Notes: generated by a model not told the origin, from the letters alone. Shown: positions 9,301 to 20,582, counted from the first letter of the stretch. The stretch: DNA of 60,789 nucleotides from a virus (IMGVR_UViG_3300033485_000012:1-60789); one strand, 5' to 3'. A program made the numbers and translations.

Positions 9301-10116
9301 ATGAAAATCAAGAACGGTTTTGGAGTTGAGATGGAAGTTGGACCTGGCGCTTACTTGGGTGGCGCTCACTTGCGTGGCGCTAACTTGGGTGGCGCTCACT
9401 TACGTGGCGCTCACTTGCGTGGCGCTCACTTGCGTGGCGCTAACTTGCGTGGCGCTGACTTGGGTGGCGCTCACTTGCGTGGCGCTGACTTGAGTGACGC
9501 TAACTTGAGTGACGCTAACTTGAGTGACGCTAACTTGAGTGACGCTAACTTGCGTGGCGCTGACTTGCATTACGCTCACTTGAGTGACGCTAACTTGCGT
9601 GGCGCTAACTTGAGTGACGCTAACTTGCGTGGCGCTCACTTAGGTTACGCTAACTTGAGTGGCGCTAACTTGCGTGGCGCTAACTTGCATTACGCTAACT
9701 TAAGTGACGCTAACTTGCGTGGCGCTAACTTGCGTGACGCTAACTTGCGTGACGCTAACTTGCATGGCGCTGACTTGCATGGCGCTGACTTCCCCGAATT
9801 CCAGATCACGCCTCCACACTGGCCCTTTACGGCCTACAAGAAAGTGCAAGGTGCGGTGTTGGAACTCCGTGTCGTGGGACGTCGAACGTCAAGTTTGGTT
9901 GGACGTAAGTGTCGGTGCGACAATGCGCTTGTGGTCAAGGCCTACCCACTCGGACCTGACAATACTTCGACTGAGTTCGGTTCCACGTACGACCCGAACT
10001 TCAAATACCGAGTAGGTGAAATGGTGTCGGAACCGACATACTCCGATGACATTCGGACCGAGTGTGCGCCTGGCATTCACTTCTTCATGACACGTGAAGA
10101 GGCCGAGAATTACTGA
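9301..10116 (+). CDS. Pentapeptide-repeat protein with conserved C-terminal domain (CAPGIHFF)
   Basis: About 30 A[HND]L[RSG][GDY] repeats encoded by a 15-bp tandem repeat. Confidence 0.9.
   Translation: MKIKNGFGVEMEVGPGAYLGGAHLRGANLGGAHLRGAHLRGAHLRGANLRGADLGGAHLRGADLSDANLSDANLSDANLSDANLRGADLHYAHLSDANLRGANLSDANLRGAHLGYANLSGANLRGANLHYANLSDANLRGANLRDANLRDANLHGADLHGADFPEFQITPPHWPFTAYKKVQGAVLELRVVGRRTSSLVGRKCRCDNALVVKAYPLGPDNTSTEFGSTYDPNFKYRVGEMVSEPTYSDDIRTECAPGIHFFMTREEAENY
9346..9792 (+). repeat. 15-bp coding tandem repeat (GGCGCTAACTTGCGT-like)
   Basis: Visible directly in the sequence. Confidence 0.95.
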
Positions 10117-10153
10117 GATTGACAACGCATTCTAAGTCTGTTAGGTTTGAGAT

Positions 10154-10345
10154 ATGAAAAAGTTCGAAGCGGGTGATGTGGTGTCGGTGTGTCGTTTGGG
10201 TCAGTCAACCATGGGGGTTATCACGGGGTTCTTCGATTACCCCGCTACGGGCGGTTACCCGAACGGAATGACTGATTACAGTGTGGCGCTGGTGTCGGGT
10301 GATTTGGTGTGGGTGCATGAGAGTCGCTTGCAGTTTGTTCGGTAA
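10154..10345 (+). CDS. Small SH3/KOW-like protein
   Basis: F..GD.V...G.I...Y.V pattern; promoter at 10119. Confidence 0.55.
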   Translation: MKKFEAGDVVSVCRLGQSTMGVITGFFDYPATGGYPNGMTDYSVALVSGDLVWVHESRLQFVR

Positions 10346-10843
10346 CTCAAATGAGTCACGAAATGTTGGTCAAAGTCAATTTCTTCAAGCCGTCGGGCAA
10401 GTGGTATACAGACAAAACCATAGAAATCCCCCTGGAAGCCGCACCACGAGACTTCGACATGTATTTGCCCTCCGAGCGACTGTGCGACATGGTTGCGGTC
10501 ACAGAAGGTGACACACCTTGGGGTTACCCTTCGCTGTCTACCGCAGGTAGCGCTCGCGGTACGTGCTTTTGCGGTTGTTGTTTGGCCAAGAAGTAAAGGA
10601 GGTTGATGACATGTGGTATAGCGTCGTGAATCCTAATAGCCCTGGCTTCAAGAACAAGGTCGTAGCGTCGTTCGTCACACAGAAGGAGGCCCTCGACTTC
10701 GCTTGGGAACTCGAACTCTCCATTGACTCGGGCCCGTTCTTCGCCATCAGCACCCCGACTAAGCCGAGCATCGGCGAAGTCATCAACCCGAACGACCTGA
10801 CTGAAGACGAGCGTTGGTAAATCTGGGCTGTTACACTTGAGGT

Positions 10844-11398
10844 ATGAAAATGACACGAAACGAATTCATCTCGAAGTTGGTTAAAATGGGTGCTTGCGAA
10901 GACTCTCTGGAGTGGATCGAGTCGACACCTGGCACACCAGAGGAGTTGTGGTCGAAGTGCAACAAAGCAGACTGGCTTTTGTGGTTGGTCGACAACTCCG
11001 AAAAGGTATCGATCGAGGCTGACTACGACGCGGAGAAGGCCTCGATCGAGGCCGACTACGACGCCAAGATGGCACCGATCGAGGCTGACTACAGATCCAA
11101 GATGACACCGATCTGGGCTGACTACGACGCGAAGAAGGCCTCGATCTGGGCTGACTACGAGGCGAAGAAGGCTTCGATCTGGGCTGACTTCGACGCCAAG
11201 ATGACACCGATCTTGGCTGACTACAGATCCAAGATGACACCGATCTTGGCTGACTACAACGCGAAGAAGGCCTCGATCGAGGCTGACTACGACGCGAAGA
11301 AGGCACCGATCGAGGCTGACTACAACTCCGAAAAGGTATTGATCATCCGGTCGCTAGTGTCTTGGTCAGAAGTCGAGGCGGCTCTGAACAAGATGTAA
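10844..11398 (+). CDS. Protein with 11-aa tandem repeats (paralog of 22321..22677)
   Basis: xSIxADYxAKK repeats from a 33-bp unit; flanking domains GAC..W..W and RSxVSW. Confidence 0.8.
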   Translation: MKMTRNEFISKLVKMGACEDSLEWIESTPGTPEELWSKCNKADWLLWLVDNSEKVSIEADYDAEKASIEADYDAKMAPIEADYRSKMTPIWADYDAKKASIWADYEAKKASIWADFDAKMTPILADYRSKMTPILADYNAKKASIEADYDAKKAPIEADYNSEKVLIIRSLVSWSEVEAALNKM

Positions 11399-11410
11399 GT
11401 GTGATGTCCA

Positions 11411-11477
11411 AGCCCACCTAAGACGTGGGCTTTCTTTTGAGCTTGACAGCCCGTTTTGAGGCTGTTACATTTGAGGT
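11411..11477 (+). promoter_or_regulatory. Terminator plus promoter unit, duplicate of 6651..6717
   Basis: GCCCACCT(A/C)AGACGTGGGCTTTCTTTT..GAGCTTGACAGCCC shared by both copies. Confidence 0.8.
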
Positions 11478-11753
11478 ATGGACAACATGAAATACACCGA
11501 CCAAGACGTAGCAGCAGCCTTCCACCCCGACATGCTGGCACTCATCCACAAATTCAACGAGTGGTTTGAGATGGAGGCCGCTTTGGCCGGAGAAGGCAAC
11601 GTCTACAAGAAGCGCGCCGCGTTCTTCGCAATCGCGGAACAGGTCTACGGGATTTCTGAAGTCCAGTTCGAGCGGGCGCTTGACGTTCGCCTCACCGAGA
11701 AAATCCAGGCTCTGAAGAGCGACATTGAGAGCCTGACGGTCGGAGCGCGATGA
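11478..11753 (+). CDS. Hypothetical early protein
   Basis: Leaderless ATG at +35 from TTGACA. Confidence 0.7.
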   Translation: MDNMKYTDQDVAAAFHPDMLALIHKFNEWFEMEAALAGEGNVYKKRAAFFAIAEQVYGISEVQFERALDVRLTEKIQALKSDIESLTVGAR

Positions 11754-12716
11754 AAAAGGTGCAATTTCAAGCGGGAGATATCATCGTGAACGCCGCGGTC
11801 GTCGGAGGGCACCGTTACACATACATCAACGAAGACGCCCGAGGGTTGATCTTCGGGTATCGCATCGGCTGTAAAAAGGAACAGATTTTGCAACTCGGGG
11901 AACGCGCAGCGTACGAACTCTACACGCCTTGACAACGCAAATTCACTCGGAGATACTTGAACTATGAAAACAACCTACACTTTGATCGTTCACTCTTTCA
12001 AGACTTACGTCGACAGCACAGATCTCATGGGTCTCACCCATCTCTGCCACGCTGGAGACAAAGCCGAAATCAAGTCGGATCGCGACCACAATGGGGTTTA
12101 CCGCGGGATTGGTCTCGGCCAGCTCATGGCTACCTACGACGGTAACACTTGGACACACTACTACTGATTCTCAAGTCGGGGTTTCACTTCGAAGTCATTG
12201 GGGTCGGAGTATGAAAGATCACATAAATGGCGTTCGAGTTGGAGACACACTCTTTGAGGTTTGTCCGAGATGCTACGGGTCGGGCGAACGTCATTACGAA
12301 ATAGCACCTTGGGTGCGGCCGGTGGCTGAGGTGCTGGTGCAGTTGGTTGCGGCTGAAGTTGTGGTATGTTGTGATAGGTGTAAGGGAAACGGAGTAACAA
12401 ATGTCATCCAAGCGGCCTAAAATCACCAGTCGAACAAACATCGGGTGGTATTACTCACACGTACCCAAGAAGTGCCCTCGGGTGGTTGAACAGCCCGACG
12501 TCATCGCCACACCCGGGCGGTTGGACGGGGAAGTTTCTCTCCATAAGATCCAGTGGGGATTGGGGCGCTTCGGTGTGGAGTATGGGACTCAGCTTTACCG
12601 CAAGCTTGACGGCCGGTGGGTGCAACTGACTATGGGAGAGGCTGTGGATTTAGCCGAAAAACGCTGGTTAAGCCTTCTGTCTTGACACCCACGACCGGAC
12701 TCGTTACATTCTAAAC

Positions 12717-13313
12717 ATGAAAACAACTCTGATGTTGGTTGCTGTGGTGTTGTCAGGGTGTGTAGGGCAAGCGGCGTATTACTGTGACGATCCCATTTTC
12801 GATGTGGTTGAAATCGAAGACGGCGCCGCTGTGACTTGCGAGCAAATTCACATGGCGACGCGCCTGGCTCGTGACTTGGCCATCGACTCTGGAATGATGA
12901 AGGACTTCGACGCCCGGGCTCGCGGGGTCATCGTGTATGTACGCAAAGACGTACACTGGTACCGAGAGGACGGTAGCGGGGTGTTGGGGTTGACCCACAT
13001 GTTCCCTGGCGACGGCCCTTCGTGGCCCTACGTGCAAGTAGGTGTCAAGATGGGGGCGTTGCTTCATGAAATGTGGCACGTCCAAGACGCACAGAATCTG
13101 CATGTCGGAATGCACGAAAACTGGGAATACAACGGGCGTTACGCGGTGTCGGCCCTGTATCAGCTCGAATTGACCGGCTCTTTCAATCGCGGTGCCGAGA
13201 AGCAAGATGAGACGGTACTCCCGAAGCCGATTGAAGTGGACCTTCGAGCGGCCGGTTGGGGTGATACGGTGGACTCGTGGCGCACGAAGCAACACGACAT
13301 GTACTCTAAATAG
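12717..13313 (+). CDS. Lipoprotein with HExxH motif
   Basis: Lipobox LSGC; GALLHEMWH...HENW...GRY. Confidence 0.65.
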   Translation: MKTTLMLVAVVLSGCVGQAAYYCDDPIFDVVEIEDGAAVTCEQIHMATRLARDLAIDSGMMKDFDARARGVIVYVRKDVHWYREDGSGVLGLTHMFPGDGPSWPYVQVGVKMGALLHEMWHVQDAQNLHVGMHENWEYNGRYAVSALYQLELTGSFNRGAEKQDETVLPKPIEVDLRAAGWGDTVDSWRTKQHDMYSK

Positions 13314-13767
13314 GACTTGACACTGAATTCCTAGGTCGTTACACTTGTCGTAGGAGAAAACACAATGCCTACCGTTCGACGCCCAGTTCACCCCGCCATC
13401 AAAACCACCCGCCGAGTCAACGACATTCGAATTGCTCTGGCGATGCGGCATTCGACGGCACCTCTTCCCCCTCCGATTCATTTCGACCGTTGCGACAAGT
13501 GCGGTAAACTCGAAGACTGTGATGAAATGTGCGAAGGTTCTGAGGTCTAACGTGAAACACCAACACAAAGCGGATCCCAAGTTGTCGCTCCAAAACGTCG
13601 AAGTGTGTAGGTGTGGGTGGCATCGCGTAACTAGAGGTGGCTATTGGCCGTTCGCTGAATGGAAAATCCGCCCTCCATTTGGATCTCGCCCATTCCGAAA
13701 GTTCTTGGAACGGCTCAATGGTCGATGGTAACTTGACTTCTAACCGCTAGACCGTTACACTTCAGAC

Positions 13768-14043
13768 ATGGGAGCCAAGTTCATTGGATGGATTCGCCCA
13801 GACGGATCGTTGCTCCCGTGCGGCAAGGGCGACCATCTAGGTGTCGCGAGGGCCGTGGGCGTCAGGTTCCCTGACGACTTGGGTTGGGTGCACGTCGATA
13901 TGCAGGCGTCGGGGGAGGGGTACGATGTTGCCGTGCAACCAGTCGACCGCATGACAGCTAGACAGCTCGAAGCGTTGGGGGAAGTCCACTTCGAAGCAGA
14001 TCAGTCGTTGCCGATATGGGTGTCAGACGTTGCTGTGGAGTAG
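13768..14043 (+). CDS. Hypothetical early protein
   Basis: Promoter at 13733; GWI.PDG...H motif. Confidence 0.7.
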   Translation: MGAKFIGWIRPDGSLLPCGKGDHLGVARAVGVRFPDDLGWVHVDMQASGEGYDVAVQPVDRMTARQLEALGEVHFEADQSLPIWVSDVAVE

Positions 14044-14934
14044 GAGAATACACATGAACTCAAAAGTCGCGTCGTATGAAGCGCCTAGCGGTTGGGTCGG
14101 TCACCCGGAAGGTGCCGCTTGGCCGACATCTTTGGAGCGCCTCGACTCCGATACTGAGACGGTTTGGGTCGCAACGTATTGGGACGGCACTGTTGTTCAA
14201 GCCGAGTCGTTGGGTGACATTGACCCACACTTGAACTATGACGTTTTGTCGACCTACCTCCAAGGCGCTTGACTTTCTAAGTCGAGGTTGCTATATTTGT
14301 GGTGTAGGTAACGGAAAGGTCGCAGATGCGGAAGGTATACCAGGTCGTAGACGCAAGTACGAACGAGGTCTTGGAGGGCAAGACGGCTGCCGCTCTGATT
14401 CGAGCGTGCACAGCAAGTCTCGGCGCGGCGGTTGACGCCTATTGCACCAAAGGAACCTGGTACTACCTAGCCCCCTCGGAGGTAGAGGGTTACAAACAAG
14501 ACCTCGGAGTTGCAGTCAAGCGCGTACATGTGGAAGAGGTGTAATGTGTCATACTTCGGAGAAGATGAAGAATACCCCGGGTTGGCGCGGTACCAGAGGG
14601 CTAGCGAAGAACTGCGGAATTCTCAGGCACAGTGCGCTTGGGCTGCAAGGTTGTATGTCGAGGACCTTAACCGGCCCATTCAATGGGTCCACCTCCAAGA
14701 TTTGAAAATCTTCGTCGAGCGACTCGCCAGGGCCGAGAAGGAACTGAACGACGCAGAGTTTTGCTACCGACACCTAGAGCGGGCGCATGAGCGCGGGTAA
14801 GCGGGCGGATACACAGCACCTGTACGCCCCACGTTCGAGCATGGTGCGGCGGTATTGGGGCGCGGCAGTGTTCGCGGCAGTCATCGTGTTTTACGCCTTG
14901 AAGTTGACGTGGAATGCTGCTAAAAGGAGCTGAT

Positions 14935-15282
14935 ATGAAAATCAAAACCGTCAAGCGCTATGAGCTGAGTTTACCAGAAGGATCTTCGGTGTCGGTTGGT
15001 CGTGACCTCAGAGTGTCACTCACTTACCCACAGCTGCAAGGGTTGCACAGTCTGACTTCAGAACTGTTGGGTATGGGTGTTGTGACTAACCTTCCGGACA
15101 AGCCCTCGTTCCTACCAACCATGACTACCGACGCTGTAACCCTCACTAGGAAAGGCGACTTGCTTGGAGCGATCAAAGCAGTGAGGCACGATTCCAATTG
15201 CACGCTCATGGAAGCTAAGAGGTGTGTTGAAGCTTTCTGTCGTGCCGATGACATCAAGGTCGCTTACCCCAAATTGGATTGA
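14935..15282 (+). CDS. Protein with a ribosomal L7/L12 C-terminal-like domain
   Basis: GAIKAVR..SNCTLMEAK..VE resembles the bL12 CTD motif I.AIK.VR..TGL.LKEAK..VE. Confidence 0.6.
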   Translation: MKIKTVKRYELSLPEGSSVSVGRDLRVSLTYPQLQGLHSLTSELLGMGVVTNLPDKPSFLPTMTTDAVTLTRKGDLLGAIKAVRHDSNCTLMEAKRCVEAFCRADDIKVAYPKLD

Positions 15283-16088
15283 CACGGTAAATCGGGGTCG
15301 TTAAACTTGGCGTAGGAGAAAACGCTGATGATTACCAACAACCCATTTGTGATGCACACAGATGAATCCGAAGAAAACTTCGACCCCGTCAACGGCAAGA
15401 GGTGCCAACGCTTCGTTCTCGAGGACCGGAATGACGAAGTCTTCATGTACGTGTCGCGCAAGGATCTGGAAGCTCTCCGAGAGTTGATTGACATGGCATT
15501 GGAGCGCTACTGATACTTGACGCGGTATTTCCCGCTCGTTAAACTTGGCGTAGGAGGATTCAAAAATGGAAAAGCCCACCCCGTCTCAATACTACATCGA
15601 CCGGCTGAACGAGATTGCTTCACGGGTGGGGTGGGCCCTTCCCGAACAGACCACCTCGGACCTCAAAGAGCTTGCTGCAAGGCTGGAAAAAGACAACGCC
15701 ACCCTCGTCGCACCCGTCGCACCCCGCCGTTTCTCGCGTCATATCCCGTAATACCCAGAAAGCACACACAAAATGTTCGTCCTTCACTTCAATGGTAGTG
15801 TCCAGTCGTTCCCCACTCTCAAGCGCGCGGTGAACTTTTTGTCGGATCTCCGACGCAAGGCCCCGAAGCCCTGCGGAGTCTTCATCGTGGATATGAAGGC
15901 GACCGAAGACTACACCGTGCCGCACCCCAGCGACAAGAAGAAGCCAACGGTTTTCGTGCGAGCGAATCCAACGTTGGAACTGGAGGCCATTGAGGCTCGC
16001 GAGGTCGCTGGGCTGAAGACGGCCTTCTCTCTCGCTACCGGGTTGACCGCCGAGTAACCCTCACCAACCAGCAATCACACCTACAGCT

Positions 16089-16132
16089 TATGCGCGCCCA
16101 CCCTCTCACAGTGTAGGCGCGCATAGTTATTT
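16089..16132 (+). terminator. Terminator-like hairpin
   Basis: TATGCGCGCC...GGCGCGCATA followed by a T-rich tail. Confidence 0.6.
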
Positions 16133-16545
16133 AAAGGGCTTGACGTGGAAATTCGAAGCCGTTACACTTGGTGTATGAAGATTCCAATCAATGCCATACC
16201 GGTTGAGTCGAGCGACGCTCCTGTTGCTGTCATCATCATACCGAATGCGACAGAGTGCTACTTCCGCACCGACTGGCGCAAGACAGATGACTTTGATCAA
16301 GCGCCGAATCGTAATAAGAATTGACTTGGCGGTTTTAGATTGCTATACTTGTGATGTAGCGCTTCTGAAAGGTGTCAAATGCAAGTCAAACTCTTGCGCG
16401 ATGTCACAATGTATTCCGGTCCAAATGGACCCCAGACGTTCACCGCCGATACCGTTTTGGATGTCACCCCCATTAGCCTGACCATGTTCAAAACCACATG
16501 GGGCTACCTGTACCGCAACGACTGCGTTGTAATCGAGACAAAAAC

Positions 16546-16887
16546 ATGAACCGCCCAGACTTCTTCGAGCGCGCCCAAACAGAGCAGAACCTTCCGCACT
16601 ACCCCGGCGCTTCCGAGTTCGAGATGGCGACTCTCTTGGGGTTGGCGCTGTCGCGCCCCTGGCAGACCAAGGGCGAGTTGGCGGGTTCGGCCCTGACCAA
16701 TCTCGGGCGACCGGTCACGGACCTTCGCCCCATCCTTCGGTGCATCGATGGGTTGGTGTCGACGCACATGCTACACCGACACGACTTCCGCTTCGAGGTT
16801 ACACCCATGGGACGTCAGACATTTGACGTACTGCGAAACAAGAGCATGGGGGCCCTCAAGATGTTGCTCTATGGGGTCGGTCAATGA
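16546..16887 (+). CDS. Winged-helix-like DNA-binding protein
   Basis: T..EL......I..LV...L......F.VT..GR pattern. Confidence 0.45.
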   Translation: MNRPDFFERAQTEQNLPHYPGASEFEMATLLGLALSRPWQTKGELAGSALTNLGRPVTDLRPILRCIDGLVSTHMLHRHDFRFEVTPMGRQTFDVLRNKSMGALKMLLYGVGQ

Positions 16888-17307
16888 CTGCCATCGAAAT
16901 GGAGGCCGTGCTCAAGACGGTGTCCGAGCTCCAAACCAGGATCGACGCGCTTGAAAAGGCATTGTACGACGCGTGTTTGGAGAAGCATTTGCACGGGCAC
17001 ACTACGACCATTATCTCAACTGCAATCAAGTTGAAGGTCCCTGGCGTCAAAGAGTTGGTGGGCTGATGTCGCGGATCTACTCACCTTCGGGGCTCGTGGT
17101 GGGGAGCACCCGGGATTACGTCGAAGTGCGCCGACTGCGAGCGGCGTTTCCTGTGTGCGTCAAGGTAGTTAGCGACAACACCAAAAATCTAACCGAACCT
17201 ACCCAAAACCGCTTGCAGTCTCGTGAAAGACGTGGTATGCTGATTCAAGGTAGCGAAAACCAAGTTACCTAGTAGTGAGTGTAGTTTAACGTAGTGGTAA
17301 AACGAAA

Positions 17308-17432
17308 CAAATACCGTGAGATGCACGGGAATTCAAGCCTGTGGAGACGCTGTTATTAGCGCCGTAGAAGTAGGAAATAAGAACTCGCTAAGACCTACGA
17401 CGAGTAGGTTTGAGCAGGTTTGAATACATCGG
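17308..17432 (+). ncRNA. Orphan TnpB omega-RNA-like scaffold, copy 1
   Basis: ACCGTGAGATGCACGGGAATTCAAGCCTGTGGAG-hairpin-GAAGTAGGAA-hairpin; promoter TTGCAG(17213)-17-TATGCT; 3' end approximate. Confidence 0.6.
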
Positions 17433-17669
17433 AGTAATACATGACGGTATACACTGTAAGACTCAAGCCTCCCACAGACGTCGACCTGCGAGGTCGTTCT
17501 GATGTTGCCGCCTTGTTCAGTGGGCCTATCGATGTCCGAGTTAAGTCGGGTTCGAGGGGTTACGCGGCAATCAAGGGGCTTGCGATGGTTCCTTGGATTT
17601 ACGTTCAACCCTTCGCCGCTACCGTAATCGACGCTTGACAACCAAACCCCAACCCGTTACACTTCCCAT

Positions 17670-17960
17670 ATGAACACGATGCCACTGGAAGTCTTGGAAG
17701 CTTCGTTGAATGAAGGTCGCTACACCTCACTCGGGGGTTACCCGAAGTGCCTGATCATCAAGAACAACCAGTGTTTGTGTTGGGATTGCGTAAAAGAGAA
17801 CGAGGCGGAGATCCAGGAGTCCCTCGCGATGGGCGAGACCTCAAACACCTACTATCCTCTACAGGCTGAGGTGAACTGGGAAAATTCCGAGCTGTATTGC
17901 GACGAATGCGGCGAGCGGGTCGAATCGGCGTACGCAGAACCCACGGAGAACACACAATGA
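17670..17960 (+). CDS. Conserved hypothetical Zn-binding phage protein
   Basis: GGYP..CxxC...NWE..L.CDxCGER.ESAY; promoter at 17635. Confidence 0.7.
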   Translation: MNTMPLEVLEASLNEGRYTSLGGYPKCLIIKNNQCLCWDCVKENEAEIQESLAMGETSNTYYPLQAEVNWENSELYCDECGERVESAYAEPTENTQ

Positions 17961-18511
17961 TTCGCGAATTCACTCGGGAGCAAGATGGCAAGTGGTGCTC
18001 GATCAAAATCAAGCTGAGCGACCCCCCGCTGACCCCCGAATTGTCCATTTCCGGCTCCTACGGGTCAATCGTGCCGCGTAAGACAGCCGAAAAGATGGCG
18101 CTTGATTATTGGGTCTCGTTCTTCGAGGATTCGCCCGGTGAGATCTACGGCATGGGCGAACGCTTCGGGAAGCATTTTTGCAACGCCAAGCAAGCGGCCA
18201 AGTTCGTTCTCGAGATGGACGGACCGTTGCATGGGTTGGACGTCGAATGTAAATTCGGCAATATCGTCTATCTGACCGAGGGTTGCGGCCAGTGCACCGA
18301 CGAACTAGTCAAGTGGTTCCCCGAAGTCACCCCCTACCTCAAGTTTCACTTGAACGACATGCAAGTCGGGTGCGAACACCAGCGCCAGAATCTCCGCGGT
18401 TGGGAAGTCGGTGAGGTGTGTGGGGAGTGTGGCTACGCGTACGGCTCGAAGTGGCTCCACATGGAGTTGCCCGAGTCCGTCATCGACTGGGCCGTGACCT
18501 TCAATGGGTGA
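17957..18511 (+). CDS. Hypothetical protein
   Basis: GGAG SD; GCGQ...HLNDM..GCEHQ..CxxCGY.YG..W. Confidence 0.7.
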   Translation: MIREFTREQDGKWCSIKIKLSDPPLTPELSISGSYGSIVPRKTAEKMALDYWVSFFEDSPGEIYGMGERFGKHFCNAKQAAKFVLEMDGPLHGLDVECKFGNIVYLTEGCGQCTDELVKWFPEVTPYLKFHLNDMQVGCEHQRQNLRGWEVGEVCGECGYAYGSKWLHMELPESVIDWAVTFNG

Positions 18512-18902
18512 CCGGTTCTTCGTGGTGCCGTCAACCGGCCACTTCGGCGACCGGTCGGTTGTGGCAAGCTCCCATCGCTCGATAGAGGCCGCGCAGAAGG
18601 CTTGCAAGGCGGGATTCGAGGTTCGGGTGGGGAACAAGGTCAAGGGCGAAGCGTGGTTTCGGTCCGCGACCCGGATTTACTCGAAGGTGAATTTCGAGTC
18701 GTTTCCGGTTGACTCGATAATGCCGCGTTGATATGTTTGTGGTATGAAGACAATGACCGACGCGGAAATGAAAGCGGCTTTCGAGGGATTCTGGAACACC
18801 CTGACCAACACGCTCCCCGAAATGTCCCTCGAGACCTTCATTCTGATCCGAACCCAGACCTTCGCCGCATTCAAGGCTGGTCACGAACTGAAGTAGGTGT
18901 AA

Positions 18903-18987
18903 GCCCGGGTGATGAAACGGTAGCCATAGTAGACTTAAAATCTACATCTCCTTACAGAGAGTGCGAGTTCGAGTCTCGCCCCGGGCA
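18903..18987 (+). tRNA. tRNA-Leu(TAA)
   Basis: Acceptor GCCCGGG/CCCGGGC, GTAGA-CT-TAA-AA-TCTAC, long variable arm, TTCGAG; no CCA encoded. Confidence 0.9.
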
Positions 18988-20177
18988 CTGTAAAACTCTA
19001 ACAATCGAGTGACTAATGGTCATAGTTCAAGTCGTATCTAGCAGCGGAGCGCAGTCTTACTTATGCGACACGCAGACCTGCTTTCCGCACTTCGTTGTGG
19101 ACTTGCACGACGCGTCCAAAATGGATGATGCTGTTGCGGCACGGTGGGTCCACTGGCTCAACTACAATCTCACGCGACATACCGCTTCCGTGTTGCGCGC
19201 CACAGAGTGACTTGTTATAATTGAACATGAAAAACAAGAGAGACATCGACTTCGACCTTACCATGGCGGGTATCTTCGGGTTCCTCGGTTTGGCACTTGC
19301 AGTTTTGGCTCTGTTGGCGTAAAAGGAAACACACAATGGCTACCTACCGCGCTTCAATTCAGCCCCACGAAGTTGACGCTCTTCCCATGATCCTCGAGAT
19401 CGAAGCCGACACCGATGCAGCGGCTCTTGAGCGCGCCATCAAGTGCACCGTCGACCCCAAGCGCGTCATCGGCCTCAAGCGACTGGACTGGGTTGATGTG
19501 TTGGAGGGGGCGAAGGTTGAGAATCTGGCGCAGTTGCATTCGTTCCGGGCTACATTGTCATGGCGTCATTGTGACGTCTTCAGGAATCTTCGTTTTGGAG
19601 CCACCTCCCCTGTCGCGGCTTACAAATACGCATTCGAAGCTTGCGATGGCGACGAAACAGTCACTGAGTTGATGCAGAAGGCGGGCGACACCTGGAAGAT
19701 TGTCAAGTTCGCAGACATGTGACTTGACTGCAAAGACGAGGTCGTTACACTTCGGTAAGGAGACACGATGAAAACTGTAGGCGACCTCGTCAAGCAACTC
19801 TGCAAAATCCACCCGTCGACCCCCATATCAATTGACTTGAGTGCGTTCGACCTCGACATGGGGGTTGTGGTCAGGGTCAAGACGATTTCTTCGAAACACG
19901 GACAAACCGCGGTTTTGGTTGTCGAGGCGGAACATGAATGACCTGCAAGTAGGATGCCATCTAGAGAAGCTGTATGCAACATACCTTCGCCGTCTCGAAC
20001 TCTTGATCGCAAATGAAGCCAAACCCGACTCACCCGCCATGTCGTTCACCTCCTTCAAGGTGCTTTGGGGTCGTTGGATTGACCGCTACTCACAGGGCGA
20101 GGACTCCCCGGAAGCTTGGGGCGAATGCTTCCTTGAACACGAGTTCGGACCGTTGGTGTAAATAATATAGTGATTCC

Positions 20178-20251
20178 GGGCCTATAGCTCAATCGGTTCG
20201 AGCCAGCGCCTCATAAGCGCCTAGATCTAGGTTCGAATCCTAGTGGGCCCA
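20178..20251 (+). tRNA. tRNA(CAT), Ile2- or Met-type
   Basis: GGGCCTA/TGGGCCC acceptor, GCGC-CT-CAT-AA-GCGC, GTTCGAATC. Confidence 0.85.
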
Positions 20252-20582
20252 TGCAGTAATCAACGCAGCAACCCAAGGAAAATTATGTCCACACTTGAAA
20301 CCGTTTTCGTGGCGCAAGTCGGCAAGGTCGGAACCCCGTTGACGTCGGGTGAAGTGTATGAGCGAGACCTCCCGTCGTGGGCCAATGAAATCGGTTGGGC
20401 TGATGGATCGGCCGCAGAATGGTCGCCAGGCGTTCTAGATGCCTCCAAGGTGCGCGCGTCGACACTTCTCGGAGTTCGGTACCTGTCCGAAGGACGAGCA
20501 AATGTGTTCCAAGTAACACGTGAAAGGGCTTGACGGAGTGAATCAAAGTCGTTATGCTTGGTGAAGAAGAAAGGGAATTCAA

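Noticed and set aside
9346-11340. CRISPR-like arrays
   Set aside because: The 15-bp and 33-bp repeats are contiguous, in-frame coding repeats without unique spacers.
18744-18896. PEMSLETFI as another 'MxLxEFL' box member (also GVSLFEV in 657..896)
   Set aside because: Only a partial match and not clearly terminal; not counted without an HMM.
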